Positions 1 to 8,181 of a stretch of 17,733 bases of DNA are shown in pieces (the stretch's first letter is position 1; each line of letters begins with the position of its first letter). The DNA lies in the NCBI GenBank assembly GCA_039591655.1, contig JBDHDE010000051.1, forward strand, positions 1-17,733. Direction: 5' to 3'. The notes under the pieces were generated by a model. That model saw only the letters and a program-made list of their open reading frames with translations. It was not told the DNA's origin and did not search any database. Position numbers and translations under genes: made by a program. This stretch comes from Gemmatimonadota bacterium (lineage in GTDB: Bacteria > Gemmatimonadota > Gemmatimonadetes > Gemmatimonadales > GWC2-71-9).

Positions 1-1519
1 GGGCTGCGGTCTCGATGTCCCGTCCCGGCACACCGGTGATCTGCTCCGCCCACTCGGGCGGGAACTGCTTCACGTGCTCGAGGAATGTCTCGCTCTCGGT
101 CGTGCGCTCCGCGATGAACTGGGGATCGACGAGCCCCTCACGCTGGATCACGTGGGCCATGGCCAGCAGCAGCGCCACATCGGAGCCCACGCGGATCGGG
201 AGATACAGGTCCGCCAGCTCGGCGAGCCCGATGCGGCGCGGATCGGCCACGATCATCTTCGCCCCCCGGGCCAGCGCCCGCTTGAGGCGGGTCGCCGCCA
301 CCGGGTGGCACTCGGTCATGTTGGTCCCGATCGCGAAGATGACGTCGGGCTTCTCCATGTCGGCCAGCGGGTTTGACATCGCTCCCCGTCCGATCGAGGC
401 TGCCAGACCGGCAACCGTGGGAGCGTGTCAAGCACGGCTACAGTTGTCGATGTGATTGATCCCCCACCCGGCGCGCATGAGCTTCTGCACCGAGTAGGCC
501 GCCTCGTGCGGCGCGCGGCCCGAAGCAACGGCGTAGAGGCTGTGGCGGCCGTACTGGTCCACCACCTTGCGGAATCCGTCGGCGGTGCGGTCGAGAGCCG
601 TATCCCAATCGGTCTCGTGTAGGTTGCCGTCGTCCCCGCGCACGAGCGGCATCCTGAGCCGGTCGGGATGCTGCACGAAGTCGTATGCGAACTGCCCCTT
701 CACACATAGCGCGCCGAGATTGGCGGGACCGTCCATTGCCGGTTGGATACCGACTATCTGATCGCCCTTCGTGAGCATGTCCACCGAGCAACCAACGCCG
801 CAGTAGGGGCAGATGGTCCGCGTCTTCTCGATCTCGCCCGGCACCTCGGCGTGCCGCAGCGCCTTGCGGTCGGCGAGGGCGCCGGTGGGGCAGGTCTGCA
901 CGCACTGGCCGCAGAACGTGCAGGCCGAGTCCTTGAGGAGGCCGTCGAACTCCACCGTGATCTGGGTGTCGAAGCCCCGGTTCCGCACGCTGATGGCGTG
1001 GTCACCCTCCTGCTCCGCGCAGACCCGGACGCAGCGGTAGCACGAGATGCAGAGATCGTAGTCGCGGAGAATGAAGGGGTTGTCGTCGTCCTGGCGGCTC
1101 GCGCCCGAGCGCGCGCCCTGGAACCTCGCGGTGCGGGCGTCGTAGCGGTCCACCAGGGTGGTGAGCTCCTGCGAGGCGTAGCTCCTCAGCGGGTCCACGT
1201 CGAGCTCGCGGTTCTCCGACGCGACCATCTCGAGCAGCGTCTTGCGGTGCTTCTCGATGCCGGCGGTCCTGGTCTTCACCACCATGCCCGGCGTCGCCTT
1301 CGTGGTGCAGGACGCCACGGGGAGGCGCTGGCCCTCCACCTCCACGACGCACAGGCGGCAGCTCCCGTAGGGCTCCAAGCGCGGATCGTAGCACAGCGTG
1401 GGGATATCTCCCTCAAGCCGCTGCGCCACCTCGTAAATGGTCTCACCCTCGGTGAAGCTCACGGCCTCACCGTCGAGGGTCATCGTGTGCATCTCGAGAT
1501 CCTTCTCCGTCGCGATCAT
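1..1519 (-). CDS. fdhF: Formate dehydrogenase alpha subunit (Mo/W-bisPGD, NAD-linked FdsA/Fdh1A type), selenocysteine-containing; 3' partial
   Basis: ORF 428..1519 has a 2Fe-2S motif (IPTLC..GSCRLC..ASC), two 4Fe-4S motifs (CISCYRCVRVC, CTFCGQCVQTCP) and the cofactor-proximal CPYCGVGC..LCVKG. TGA at 430-428 lies in HIDNCSRA-U-HAPTVAGL, the FDH metal-ligand position. The frame stays open for 142 more codons to the window edge (GRGAMSN..IGTNMTECHPV..IVADPR..PIRVGSDVALL..EQITGVP). SD-like GGAGAGAGGA precedes ATG 1519. Confidence 0.95.
373..431 (-). promoter_or_regulatory. Bacterial SECIS element of the FDH alpha gene
   Basis: mRNA reads UGA-CACGCUCCCAC-GGUUGCC-GGUCU-GGCAGCC. A 7-bp upper stem (416-410 with 404-398) with a GGUCU loop starts 11 nt after the UGA, resembling the E. 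coli fdhF SECIS. A lower stem UUGACA-CGCUCCC (431-419) pairs with GGGAGCG-A-UGUCAA (386-373). Confidence 0.9.
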
Positions 1520-1550
1520 GTCAGGCGTCCTCTCTCCACGATCCGACCGG

Positions 1551-3230
1551 TCAACCGGCGACGTGCGCGGCCACGCGCTCTGGGAAGTACCTGAGCAGGC
1601 TCTCTGTGATCAGCGGCGCGGCGAGTCCCAGGCCACAGGCGCTCACCGCTTTCATGGTCTGCCCCAGGTCGGTTACCTCGTCGATCCAGGCGCCGAGATC
1701 CTCAGGCCCGGCTTCTCCCGCGAGCCGCTCCGTAAGGCGCTGGGTGCCGATGCGACACGGGAAGCACTTGCCGCAGGACTCGTGGGCGAAGAACGACATT
1801 GCGTCACGCGCCACCGCGATCATGTCGCGGCTGTCGTCGAACACCATGATGCCGCCGGCTCCGAGGAAGGAGCCCTTCGCCTTGATGCTCGGCTCGTCCA
1901 GCGTAACGTCGAGGTCGTCGCCCGCGAGGAATCCGCCGGAGAGCCCCGCCATCGTCACGGCCTGGATGGTGCGCCCTTCGGGCGGGCCGCCCGCCCACTC
2001 GTGGAGCAGGGTATGCAATGGTAGCCCGAACGGCACTTCGTAGTTCCCGGGTCGTTGGATGTCGCCGGACAGGCTGATCACCTTGGTGCCGGCGTGGCCG
2101 TTCAACCCGAGACCGCGGTACCACTCCGGCCCCTGGCGTACGATGTGCGCTGCCGCAGCGAGGGTCTCCACGTTGTTCACCACCGTTGGCAGGCTCTCGT
2201 ATCCGTGCGTCACCGGGAAGGGCGGACGGTTGCGGGGGAAGGGGTGCTTGCCCTCCAGGCTGTTCAACAGCGAGCCCTCCTCGCCGCAGATGTATGCGCC
2301 GGCGCCCCGCCGCAGGTGGATGCGGAAGCTGAAGTCCTGCCCGAGGATCTCATCCCCCAGGAATCCGGCCTGCTCCGCCTCGGCGATCGCACGCTCCAGA
2401 ATCTCGAACGTCTCGGGGTACTCGTACCGCAGGTAGATGAAGCCGCGGGTCGCGCCGGTGGCGTAGGCGGCGAGGGCCATGCCTTCGATCACCGCGTGGG
2501 GATCGTAGTCGAGGATCGCCCGGTCCTTGAAGCAGCCGGGCTCGCCCTCGTCGGCGTTGCACACGATGGACTTGGGTCCGCCCTGCGCGTCGGCCACGGC
2601 CTGCCACTTGACGCCCGTGGGGAACCCCGCTCCGCCGCGTCCTGCGAGCCTTGCGTCGGTGATGCGGCCGATCACGTCGGTCGGCGACGGATCGCTCCGT
2701 GCCCGCGTGAGCGCCTCGTAGCCGCCGGTCTTGCGGTAGCCCGCGATGGTGTTGCGCTTCGGCTCCCGGATCGCGGCGAAGATGCACTCCTCGTGGCCAC
2801 CGGGGTTGGGGGTGGGCAGGGGCGAGGGCCGAGCCTCGAGGGCGTCGGCCGCCGTACCCACGAGCGCCTGGTTTCCCTTCAGTACCGGGACCGGCTCGTC
2901 GCACCGTCCCGCGCAGGGCATGGGGGTCGCGCCGTCCTGCCGCAGGGCCTCGAGCAGCTCGAGACCGCCCCGCCGGCTGCACACCGGGCCGGTACAGACC
3001 CGGGCAGCCTCCTGGCCCAGGGGCTCGCGCGAGAAGTGGTGGTAGAACGTGATGTCGCCGAACAGCTCGGCCAGCGGGATGCGCAGCCCCGCCGCCACTT
3101 CGCGCAGCGCTTCATCGGTCAGGAAGCCGTCCCGCTCATGCACCGCATGCAGCACGGGTAGCAGTGGAGCGGGCTTGCCGCGCCAGCGCTCGATGAGCTC
3201 CTGGGTGGATGGAACCGTCATCGTGGGCAT
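1551..3230 (-). CDS. Fused NuoE-NuoF (FdsG-FdsB / Fdh1B-like) diaphorase subunit of NAD-dependent formate dehydrogenase
   Basis: N-terminal NuoE-like domain (LLPVLHAVH..TFYHHF..VCTGPVC..CAGRC) followed by NuoF motifs GRGGAGFPTGVKW, CNADEGEPGCFKDR, GAGAYICGEE and the 4Fe-4S motif ESCGKCFPCRIG..CGLG. It lies 31 bp upstream of the FDH alpha gene. The start may instead be ATG 3221, which is better spaced from AGGA. Confidence 0.93.
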   Translation of the reverse strand: MPTMTVPSTQELIERWRGKPAPLLPVLHAVHERDGFLTDEALREVAAGLRIPLAELFGDITFYHHFSREPLGQEAARVCTGPVCSRRGGLELLEALRQDGATPMPCAGRCDEPVPVLKGNQALVGTAADALEARPSPLPTPNPGGHEECIFAAIREPKRNTIAGYRKTGGYEALTRARSDPSPTDVIGRITDARLAGRGGAGFPTGVKWQAVADAQGGPKSIVCNADEGEPGCFKDRAILDYDPHAVIEGMALAAYATGATRGFIYLRYEYPETFEILERAIAEAEQAGFLGDEILGQDFSFRIHLRRGAGAYICGEEGSLLNSLEGKHPFPRNRPPFPVTHGYESLPTVVNNVETLAAAAHIVRQGPEWYRGLGLNGHAGTKVISLSGDIQRPGNYEVPFGLPLHTLLHEWAGGPPEGRTIQAVTMAGLSGGFLAGDDLDVTLDEPSIKAKGSFLGAGGIMVFDDSRDMIAVARDAMSFFAHESCGKCFPCRIGTQRLTERLAGEAGPEDLGAWIDEVTDLGQTMKAVSACGLGLAAPLITESLLRYFPERVAAHVAG

Positions 3231-3237
3231 ATCCTAT

Positions 3238-3269
3238 GAGAATACTAGTGATTCTCTAGCACCCTGCAA
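3238..3269 (-). promoter_or_regulatory. Putative sigma70 promoter of the FDH operon with overlapping palindrome
   Basis: TTGCAG (3269-3264), 16 nt, TAGTAT (3247-3242). The inverted repeat GAGAAT-N7-ATTCTC (3238-3256) covers the -10. This is a local AT-rich patch in GC-rich DNA. Confidence 0.5.
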
Positions 3270-3359
3270 ACGTATGCCAGGGTGGCGCTTCGGGCGCCAG
3301 AGGCAGCATGGGCGGCTTGGCTGATGCAGTCGCCGCGCCGTGATCGGCTGCCGGTCGGC

Positions 3360-4154
3360 CTAGTCGGCCAGCCGCTCCACCCCGGCGTACACGTTGAACG
3401 CCGGGCCTCGGGAGAAGCCCGCGAGCAGCATCCCGTGTGCCTCTGCCAGCTCGACTGCGAGCGAGGAGGGAGCCGATACACCGATCACCCCGCCGATCCC
3501 CGCCACCGCCGCCTTCTGTACGATCTCGAAGCTCTGCCGCCCCGACACGACCAGGATCCCGAGGGGCAAGGGCCACTGCTGCTTGGCCGCGGCCCCGATG
3601 GCCTTGTCCACCGCGTTGTGCCGCCCTACGTCCTCTCGCACGGCGAGTGCGTTGCCGTCGAGATCGAACAGGCCGGCCGCGTGCAGTCCACCGGTGGCGT
3701 CGAAAGTGGGCTGCTGTGCGCGTAGCCTGCCGGTTAGACCCGCCACCAGATCGCGTCGCACCGTGAAGTCCCTCGCCGGATTCGCGAACAGATGCACCGC
3801 CTCGATCGAGGCCTTGCCGCACACGCCGCAAGAGCTCGACATGAAGAGGTTGCGTTGGAACCGCGTGGGGTCCACCTCCACTCCGTCGCGGAACCGCACC
3901 GAGGTGCGGGAGCTCTCCGGGTCCTCGGAGTGTTCCAGGGCGGCGATCTCATCGGGCCCGAGGATGATCCCCTCGGTGAGCAGGAACCCGGTCACCAGGT
4001 CGGCATCGTCCCCCGGCGTGCGCATCACCACGGCGAGCGGCGTGTCGGCGATCCGGATCTCCAGCGGCTCCTCCACGGCGACCTGGTCGGCCACCGAGTC
4101 GCTGGTCTCGTAGTCGTGCTTGACGACGTGCACTTCACGCATGCGTTCGGACAC
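3360..4154 (-). CDS. fdhD: Formate dehydrogenase accessory sulfurtransferase FdhD
   Basis: Motifs VAVEEPLEIRI, VMRTPG, GFLLTEG, SSCGVCGKASI, TGGLHAA, REDVGRHNAVDK, VSGR, SAPSSLAVELA. Start placed at GTG 4154 (SD GAGGT 7 nt upstream, downstream of the predicted promoter) rather than 4304. ATG 4178 and ATG 4142 are alternatives. Confidence 0.95.
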   Translation of the reverse strand: MSERMREVHVVKHDYETSDSVADQVAVEEPLEIRIADTPLAVVMRTPGDDADLVTGFLLTEGIILGPDEIAALEHSEDPESSRTSVRFRDGVEVDPTRFQRNLFMSSSCGVCGKASIEAVHLFANPARDFTVRRDLVAGLTGRLRAQQPTFDATGGLHAAGLFDLDGNALAVREDVGRHNAVDKAIGAAAKQQWPLPLGILVVSGRQSFEIVQKAAVAGIGGVIGVSAPSSLAVELAEAHGMLLAGFSRGPAFNVYAGVERLAD

Positions 4155-4176
4155 GGGCTGTACCTCGGGATTCCGC

Positions 4177-4205
4177 ATAGTGCCGAGGTGGGAGGGGACG
4201 GTCAA
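4177..4205 (-). promoter_or_regulatory. Putative sigma70 promoter of fdhD
   Basis: TTGACC (4205-4200), 17 nt, CACTAT (4182-4177), in the divergent fdhD/thioredoxin intergenic region. Confidence 0.55.
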
Positions 4206-4288
4206 GGCGGGTTCCTTGCCCACTCCGGGTGCGAGTGTGTATCCGTTCCACATGGACGACCGGCACGTCTCCATCGAGAGGAGCATCC

Positions 4289-4867
4289 ATGGTCGCCACA
4301 CCATCCACCATGCTGTCGTTGGGGACGCCGCTCCCCGAGTTCTCGCTGCCCAACGCGGTGGACGGGAGCACGGTCTCCTCCGCTGATTACCTGGGGCGAC
4401 CGACTCTAGTGATGTTCATCTGCAACCACTGCCCATTCGTGAAGCATGTCAAGGACGAGCTCACGCGCCTCGGCGCCGACTACCTGCCCAAAGGGCTCGG
4501 CATCGTGGCCATCAACTCCAACGACGTGGCGAAGTACACCGACGACGCACCGAAGCACATGAAGGCGCTGGCCACGAGCGAGGGATGGGAGTTCCCGTTC
4601 CTGCTCGACGAGACGCAGGAGGTCGCGAAGGGCTTCAAGGCGGCCTGCACGCCGGACTTCTTCCTGTTCGACACCGGGGGTGCGCTGGCCTACCGGGGGC
4701 AGCTCGATCCCAGCCGGCCGGGCAACGCCGTGCCCGTCACGGGTGCGGACCTTCGTGCGGCGCTCGACGCTGTGCTGGCCGGCCGGCCCGTGCCCGAGCC
4801 GCAAGTCCCCAGCCTGGGGTGCAACATCAAGTGGAGGCCGGGAAACGAGCCGGAGTACTTCGGCTAA
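4289..4867 (+). CDS. Thioredoxin-fold AhpC/TSA family protein (PRX_like1 type)
   Basis: MLSLGTPLPEFSLP, MFICNHCPFV (CxxC), VAINSND, FPFLLDETQEVAK, AACTPDFFLFD, YRGQLD, PSLGCNIKW. SD GAGAGGAG precedes ATG 4289. Confidence 0.9.
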   Translation: MVATPSTMLSLGTPLPEFSLPNAVDGSTVSSADYLGRPTLVMFICNHCPFVKHVKDELTRLGADYLPKGLGIVAINSNDVAKYTDDAPKHMKALATSEGWEFPFLLDETQEVAKGFKAACTPDFFLFDTGGALAYRGQLDPSRPGNAVPVTGADLRAALDAVLAGRPVPEPQVPSLGCNIKWRPGNEPEYFG

Positions 4868-4908
4868 GAACCGCGTTAGCGGCTGGTCGCAGCTAGGGAG
4901 GTCTACCC

Positions 4909-5397
4909 ATGTATCGTTTATCGGCCGGCTGGGTCCTCGCCGGGATCCTCGGTGCGGCGCCCGTGGCCGTCGCGCAGTCGGGGCTATCCCTCGAGGATCT
5001 CTCGTTCATGACCGGCTGCTGGGAGGGAGCGTTCGAGCGGAACGGCGCCACCGGCACCATCGAGGAGCACTACACGACGCCCTCCGCCAACGTGATGCTG
5101 GGAACCACCCGGTACCTCCTGCGCGGCGAAGCGATCCAGTTCGAGCTGACCGTCATCCGGAAGGAGATCGGGGGGATCGCGCTCACGCCGTATCCCCGGG
5201 GACGCAAGTCTGAGGATTCGTTCTACCTGAGACGGATCGTCGAGCGGACCGCCTACTTCGAGAACCCCGAGCACGACTTCCCGAAGCGCATCATCTATCG
5301 CCTGGCGCCCGACGGTGCCCTCCACGCGAGGGTCGATGCGGGGGAGGGGACGGGCGGCAGCGAGTGGCGAATGATGCCGGCGGAGTGCCTCCGGTGA
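4909..5397 (+). CDS. Secreted DUF6265-like protein
   Basis: Signal peptide ending AVA-Q. Motifs LSFMTGCWEG, IEEHYT, MLG and FENPEHDFPKRIIYR. SD GGAGGT upstream. Confidence 0.75.
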   Translation: MYRLSAGWVLAGILGAAPVAVAQSGLSLEDLSFMTGCWEGAFERNGATGTIEEHYTTPSANVMLGTTRYLLRGEAIQFELTVIRKEIGGIALTPYPRGRKSEDSFYLRRIVERTAYFENPEHDFPKRIIYRLAPDGALHARVDAGEGTGGSEWRMMPAECLR

Positions 5398-5502
5398 TCG
5401 AAGCCGCGCACTTGGCGCGGCCAACAGCGTAGCGAGAGATGCAACAGCGAGCCACACCTCGGAGAGGCGGGGTGTCGCAAACCCGTGTCGCAAGGAGACC
5501 GA

Positions 5503-5976
5503 ATGATGAGAGCGTCGTACGCGATCGCCGTTGTGGTCGTCGCCGCCTGTAGTAGCGGCGCGGTTCCGGAGGATGCGCGGCAGGAGCTCATGGATACCGA
5601 CCTCGCATTCGCACAGGAGGTGGCGCAGGGGGGCGTAGAAGCGTGGACCTCCTACTTCGCGGAAGACGGGATGATGTTCCTGTCGGGGGACCCGGTGGTG
5701 GGGCACGAGGCGATCCACGCCCTCATGGAGCCGGTCTTCGCTGATTCGACGCACGTGCTGGATTGGAGGCCGCGCCGGGCGGAGGTCGCGGCCTCCGGCG
5801 ATCTCGGCTACACCGTTGGGAGGTACCGCAGCACCCGCGCCGGCCCGAACGGCCTGTTGATCCGCGGAGGGGGCTCCTACGTCACCATCTGGCGCAAGCA
5901 GCCGGACGGTACCTGGAAGGTGGCGCTGGACATCGGGTCGGCGCGCGAAACCGTTTCCTCCGGTTCCGGCGACTAG
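5503..5976 (+). CDS. NTF2/SnoaL-like (YybH/DUF4440) putative lipoprotein
   Basis: Lipobox-like VVVVAA-C. Motifs FAEDGMMF, VVGHEAI, AEVAASGDLGYTVG and GSYVTIWRKQPDGTWKVALDIG. SD AAGGAG precedes ATG 5503. Confidence 0.85.
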   Translation: MMRASYAIAVVVVAACSSGAVPEDARQELMDTDLAFAQEVAQGGVEAWTSYFAEDGMMFLSGDPVVGHEAIHALMEPVFADSTHVLDWRPRRAEVAASGDLGYTVGRYRSTRAGPNGLLIRGGGSYVTIWRKQPDGTWKVALDIGSARETVSSGSGD

Positions 5977-6032
5977 GTCAGGTCGGCCCGCGCGGCGGGG
6001 CGACGGTTCTAGTGTGAAGGTGGGGGGCGCGC

Positions 6033-7136
6033 ATGGTACGTCACCCGACGTTGCTTGACCTGGCCCGCTCAGCGGGCCTGGCGGCGCTGCTCACAGTGGG
6101 CGCGCAGTCTCACTCGAGCGCACAGGTCGTCGGCGGAACGATCGTGGATGAGCTGAGCGGGGAGCCCGTGGTCGGCGCGTGGGTGTTGCTGCTCGATTCA
6201 CTGGGGCGGGACCACTCCCGCTCGCTCACCGACGCCCTGGGGCGGTTCGTGGTCCGGGGGGAGGGGGCGGGCGAGTACCGCCTGCGGGCGATCCTCATCG
6301 GCTACACGAAGTGGGAGTCGCAGTCCTTCTCCCTGGCGGTGGGGGAGAGGCGCGAGGAAGAGATACCGCTCACGATGGTGCGGGTGGCGCTGCCCGCCAT
6401 CACCGTGGAGGCTGAGCGGACGTGTCGCGTGCGCCCGGGCGAGGGCATGGCCACCTCCACGTTGTGGGAGGAGGTGAAGAGTGCGCTGGTTGCCACGGCG
6501 TGGACTATCGATCAGCGGCTGTACCGCTTCCGCACGTTGATGGTGGAACGGACCCTCGACCAGTTCCTCAACGTGCTGTCGGACACCACCTATCGCCGGG
6601 TCGGCTACAGCGATTGGCCGTTCCACGGCCTCGCAGCGGACAGCCTTTCCGAATACGGCTTCGTGCAGGGCGCTCCGGGGGGACCGGTCTATTACGGCCC
6701 CGACGCCCAGGTGCTGGTCTCCGATGCGTTTCTCGACGAGCACTGCTTTCGCATTGAGCGACACGGCTCCGACACGTCCGGGCTGATCGGGCTGGCGTTC
6801 GAGCCGGTGCGGGACGGCAGGCTGTCCGACGTGAGGGGCGTGCTCTGGGTGGACTCTGCGGCGACGGCGCTGCGGGTGCTCGAGTTCCGCTACATGCGGC
6901 TGGGACGCTGGATCCCCGCGGAGCGCACCGGCGGCTCCGTGGAATTCGCCAGCCTGCCGAGCGGCGCGTGGTTCATCCGTAAGTGGCGGCTGCGGGGGCC
7001 CATCGGACGGGTGCGCGCGCCGGGGGACACCGTGTTACACGGGTACCGGGAGCGTGGCGGCGAGGTGCTGGAGGTCTTCAGCGCCACGGGAGAGCCCATC
7101 GTGCGGTTCCGACCGGAAGGGGCCGCGAACCGCTGA
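6033..7136 (+). CDS. Secreted carboxypeptidase-regulatory-like domain protein
   Basis: Signal peptide followed by QVVGGTIVDELSGEPVVGAWVLLLD..TDALGRFVVR..GEYRLRAILIGY (CarboxypepD_reg-like). The C-terminal part contains PDAQVLVSDAFLDEHCF..IGLAFEP..GVLWVD. Function unknown. Confidence 0.75.
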   Translation: MVRHPTLLDLARSAGLAALLTVGAQSHSSAQVVGGTIVDELSGEPVVGAWVLLLDSLGRDHSRSLTDALGRFVVRGEGAGEYRLRAILIGYTKWESQSFSLAVGERREEEIPLTMVRVALPAITVEAERTCRVRPGEGMATSTLWEEVKSALVATAWTIDQRLYRFRTLMVERTLDQFLNVLSDTTYRRVGYSDWPFHGLAADSLSEYGFVQGAPGGPVYYGPDAQVLVSDAFLDEHCFRIERHGSDTSGLIGLAFEPVRDGRLSDVRGVLWVDSAATALRVLEFRYMRLGRWIPAERTGGSVEFASLPSGAWFIRKWRLRGPIGRVRAPGDTVLHGYRERGGEVLEVFSATGEPIVRFRPEGAANR

Positions 7137-7163
7137 ACGGCGCCGCGCCCCAGCGCCCTCTTG

Positions 7164-8165
7164 CTAGCTGGTCCCGCCCTCACGCAGGAACCACTCCACG
7201 GTACGCCTGAGAGTCTCCCGCGGCGGCGTTACCGGTCGCCAGTCCAGCTCCTGCTGCGCCCGGGCCGAGGTGTAGGGATTCTCCCGGGCGAGAAACCGTG
7301 CGCCGGATCCCCCCAGGCCGGCGTAGCGACCGGGTCGGCGGAGCCGCCGCACGAGGTGCCATGCGTGATTTGCGGCGACGGCGGCGCCCAACGGCAGGCG
7401 CACGAACCGCAGGCGGCGTCCCAGCACCTCGCCGATGGTCTCGAACACCTGCCGCTGCGTGATCCTGCCGTCGTTGGTGGTGTTGAACGGCCCCTCGACG
7501 TGGGGGCGGTCCAGCGCGGCGAGCACCGCGTCGGCCACGTTCCCCGCATAGACCAGGGCGAGCTCGTTGTCGCCCGGCCCCACCAGCGGCACCACCCCGA
7601 GGCGCACGGCCCGCAGCACGCGGCCCATGAATATCCGCTCGCGCTCTCCGTAGATCACGCAGGGGCGCAGGGCTACTGCGCTGACGCCGCTGTGCCGCGC
7701 CGTCTCCCACAGCGTCTCCTCGGCCAGGCGCTTGGAGCGGGCGTAGAAGTCGGCCGCGGCGATTGGCAGGAAGGGCGCGTCCTCGGCGACCCGCTCGCCG
7801 CTCGCGACTGCGGGACGGCGGCCGTAGACGGCCACCGACGAGATGTGCACCAGCCGCGCCCCGCGGCGGGCCGCAGCCTCGACGGCGAGGCGGGTCCCCG
7901 CCACGTTCACGGCCTCGTAGCGATCCCAGTCCGCCGGCTGGACGACCAGGGCCGCGGCGTGGACGATGGCGTCTGCGGCCCCGGCGGACTCCCAGGACGC
8001 CGGCTGCTCCACGGCTCCCGGGACGGCCTCGGCGCCGAGGGATTGAACGGCCCCAAACGCGACGGGACGGCGCACCAGGGCCCGCACCTCGTGGCCACGG
8101 CGGACCAGCCGCTCGATCACATGGCTCCCGACCAGGCCCGTCCCGCCGGTGACCAGCACTCTCAT
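7164..8165 (-). CDS. NAD-dependent epimerase/dehydratase (extended SDR)
   Basis: Rossmann motif VLVTGGTGLVG, IVHAAA, NVAGT, HISSVAVYG, catalytic YARSK (YxxxK), LRPCVIYG. Confidence 0.92.
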   Translation of the reverse strand: MRVLVTGGTGLVGSHVIERLVRRGHEVRALVRRPVAFGAVQSLGAEAVPGAVEQPASWESAGAADAIVHAAALVVQPADWDRYEAVNVAGTRLAVEAAARRGARLVHISSVAVYGRRPAVASGERVAEDAPFLPIAAADFYARSKRLAEETLWETARHSGVSAVALRPCVIYGERERIFMGRVLRAVRLGVVPLVGPGDNELALVYAGNVADAVLAALDRPHVEGPFNTTNDGRITQRQVFETIGEVLGRRLRFVRLPLGAAVAANHAWHLVRRLRRPGRYAGLGGSGARFLARENPYTSARAQQELDWRPVTPPRETLRRTVEWFLREGGTS

Positions 8166-8181
8166 CGGGTGGTGGATTCGC

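Noticed and set aside
428..430. Premature stop making the FDH alpha gene a pseudogene or split gene
   Set aside because: The TGA is at the Cys/Sec ligand position, is followed by a SECIS, and the frame remains open and conserved.
3265..3279. Sigma54-like promoter TGGCATACGTTTGCA on the minus strand
   Set aside because: Spacing is GG-N9-GC, whereas sigma54 requires GG-N10-GC.
3283..3299. Hairpin TGGCGC-TTCGG-GCGCCA as an fdhD terminator or Moco/Wco riboswitch
   Set aside because: Short stem, no U-tract, and no riboswitch architecture recognisable; it lies upstream of the predicted FDH promoter.
5395..5421. UGA of the DUF6265-like gene followed by a hairpin as a second Sec site
   Set aside because: The hairpin starts only 5 nt after the UGA, does not resemble the FDH SECIS, and the protein is already complete.
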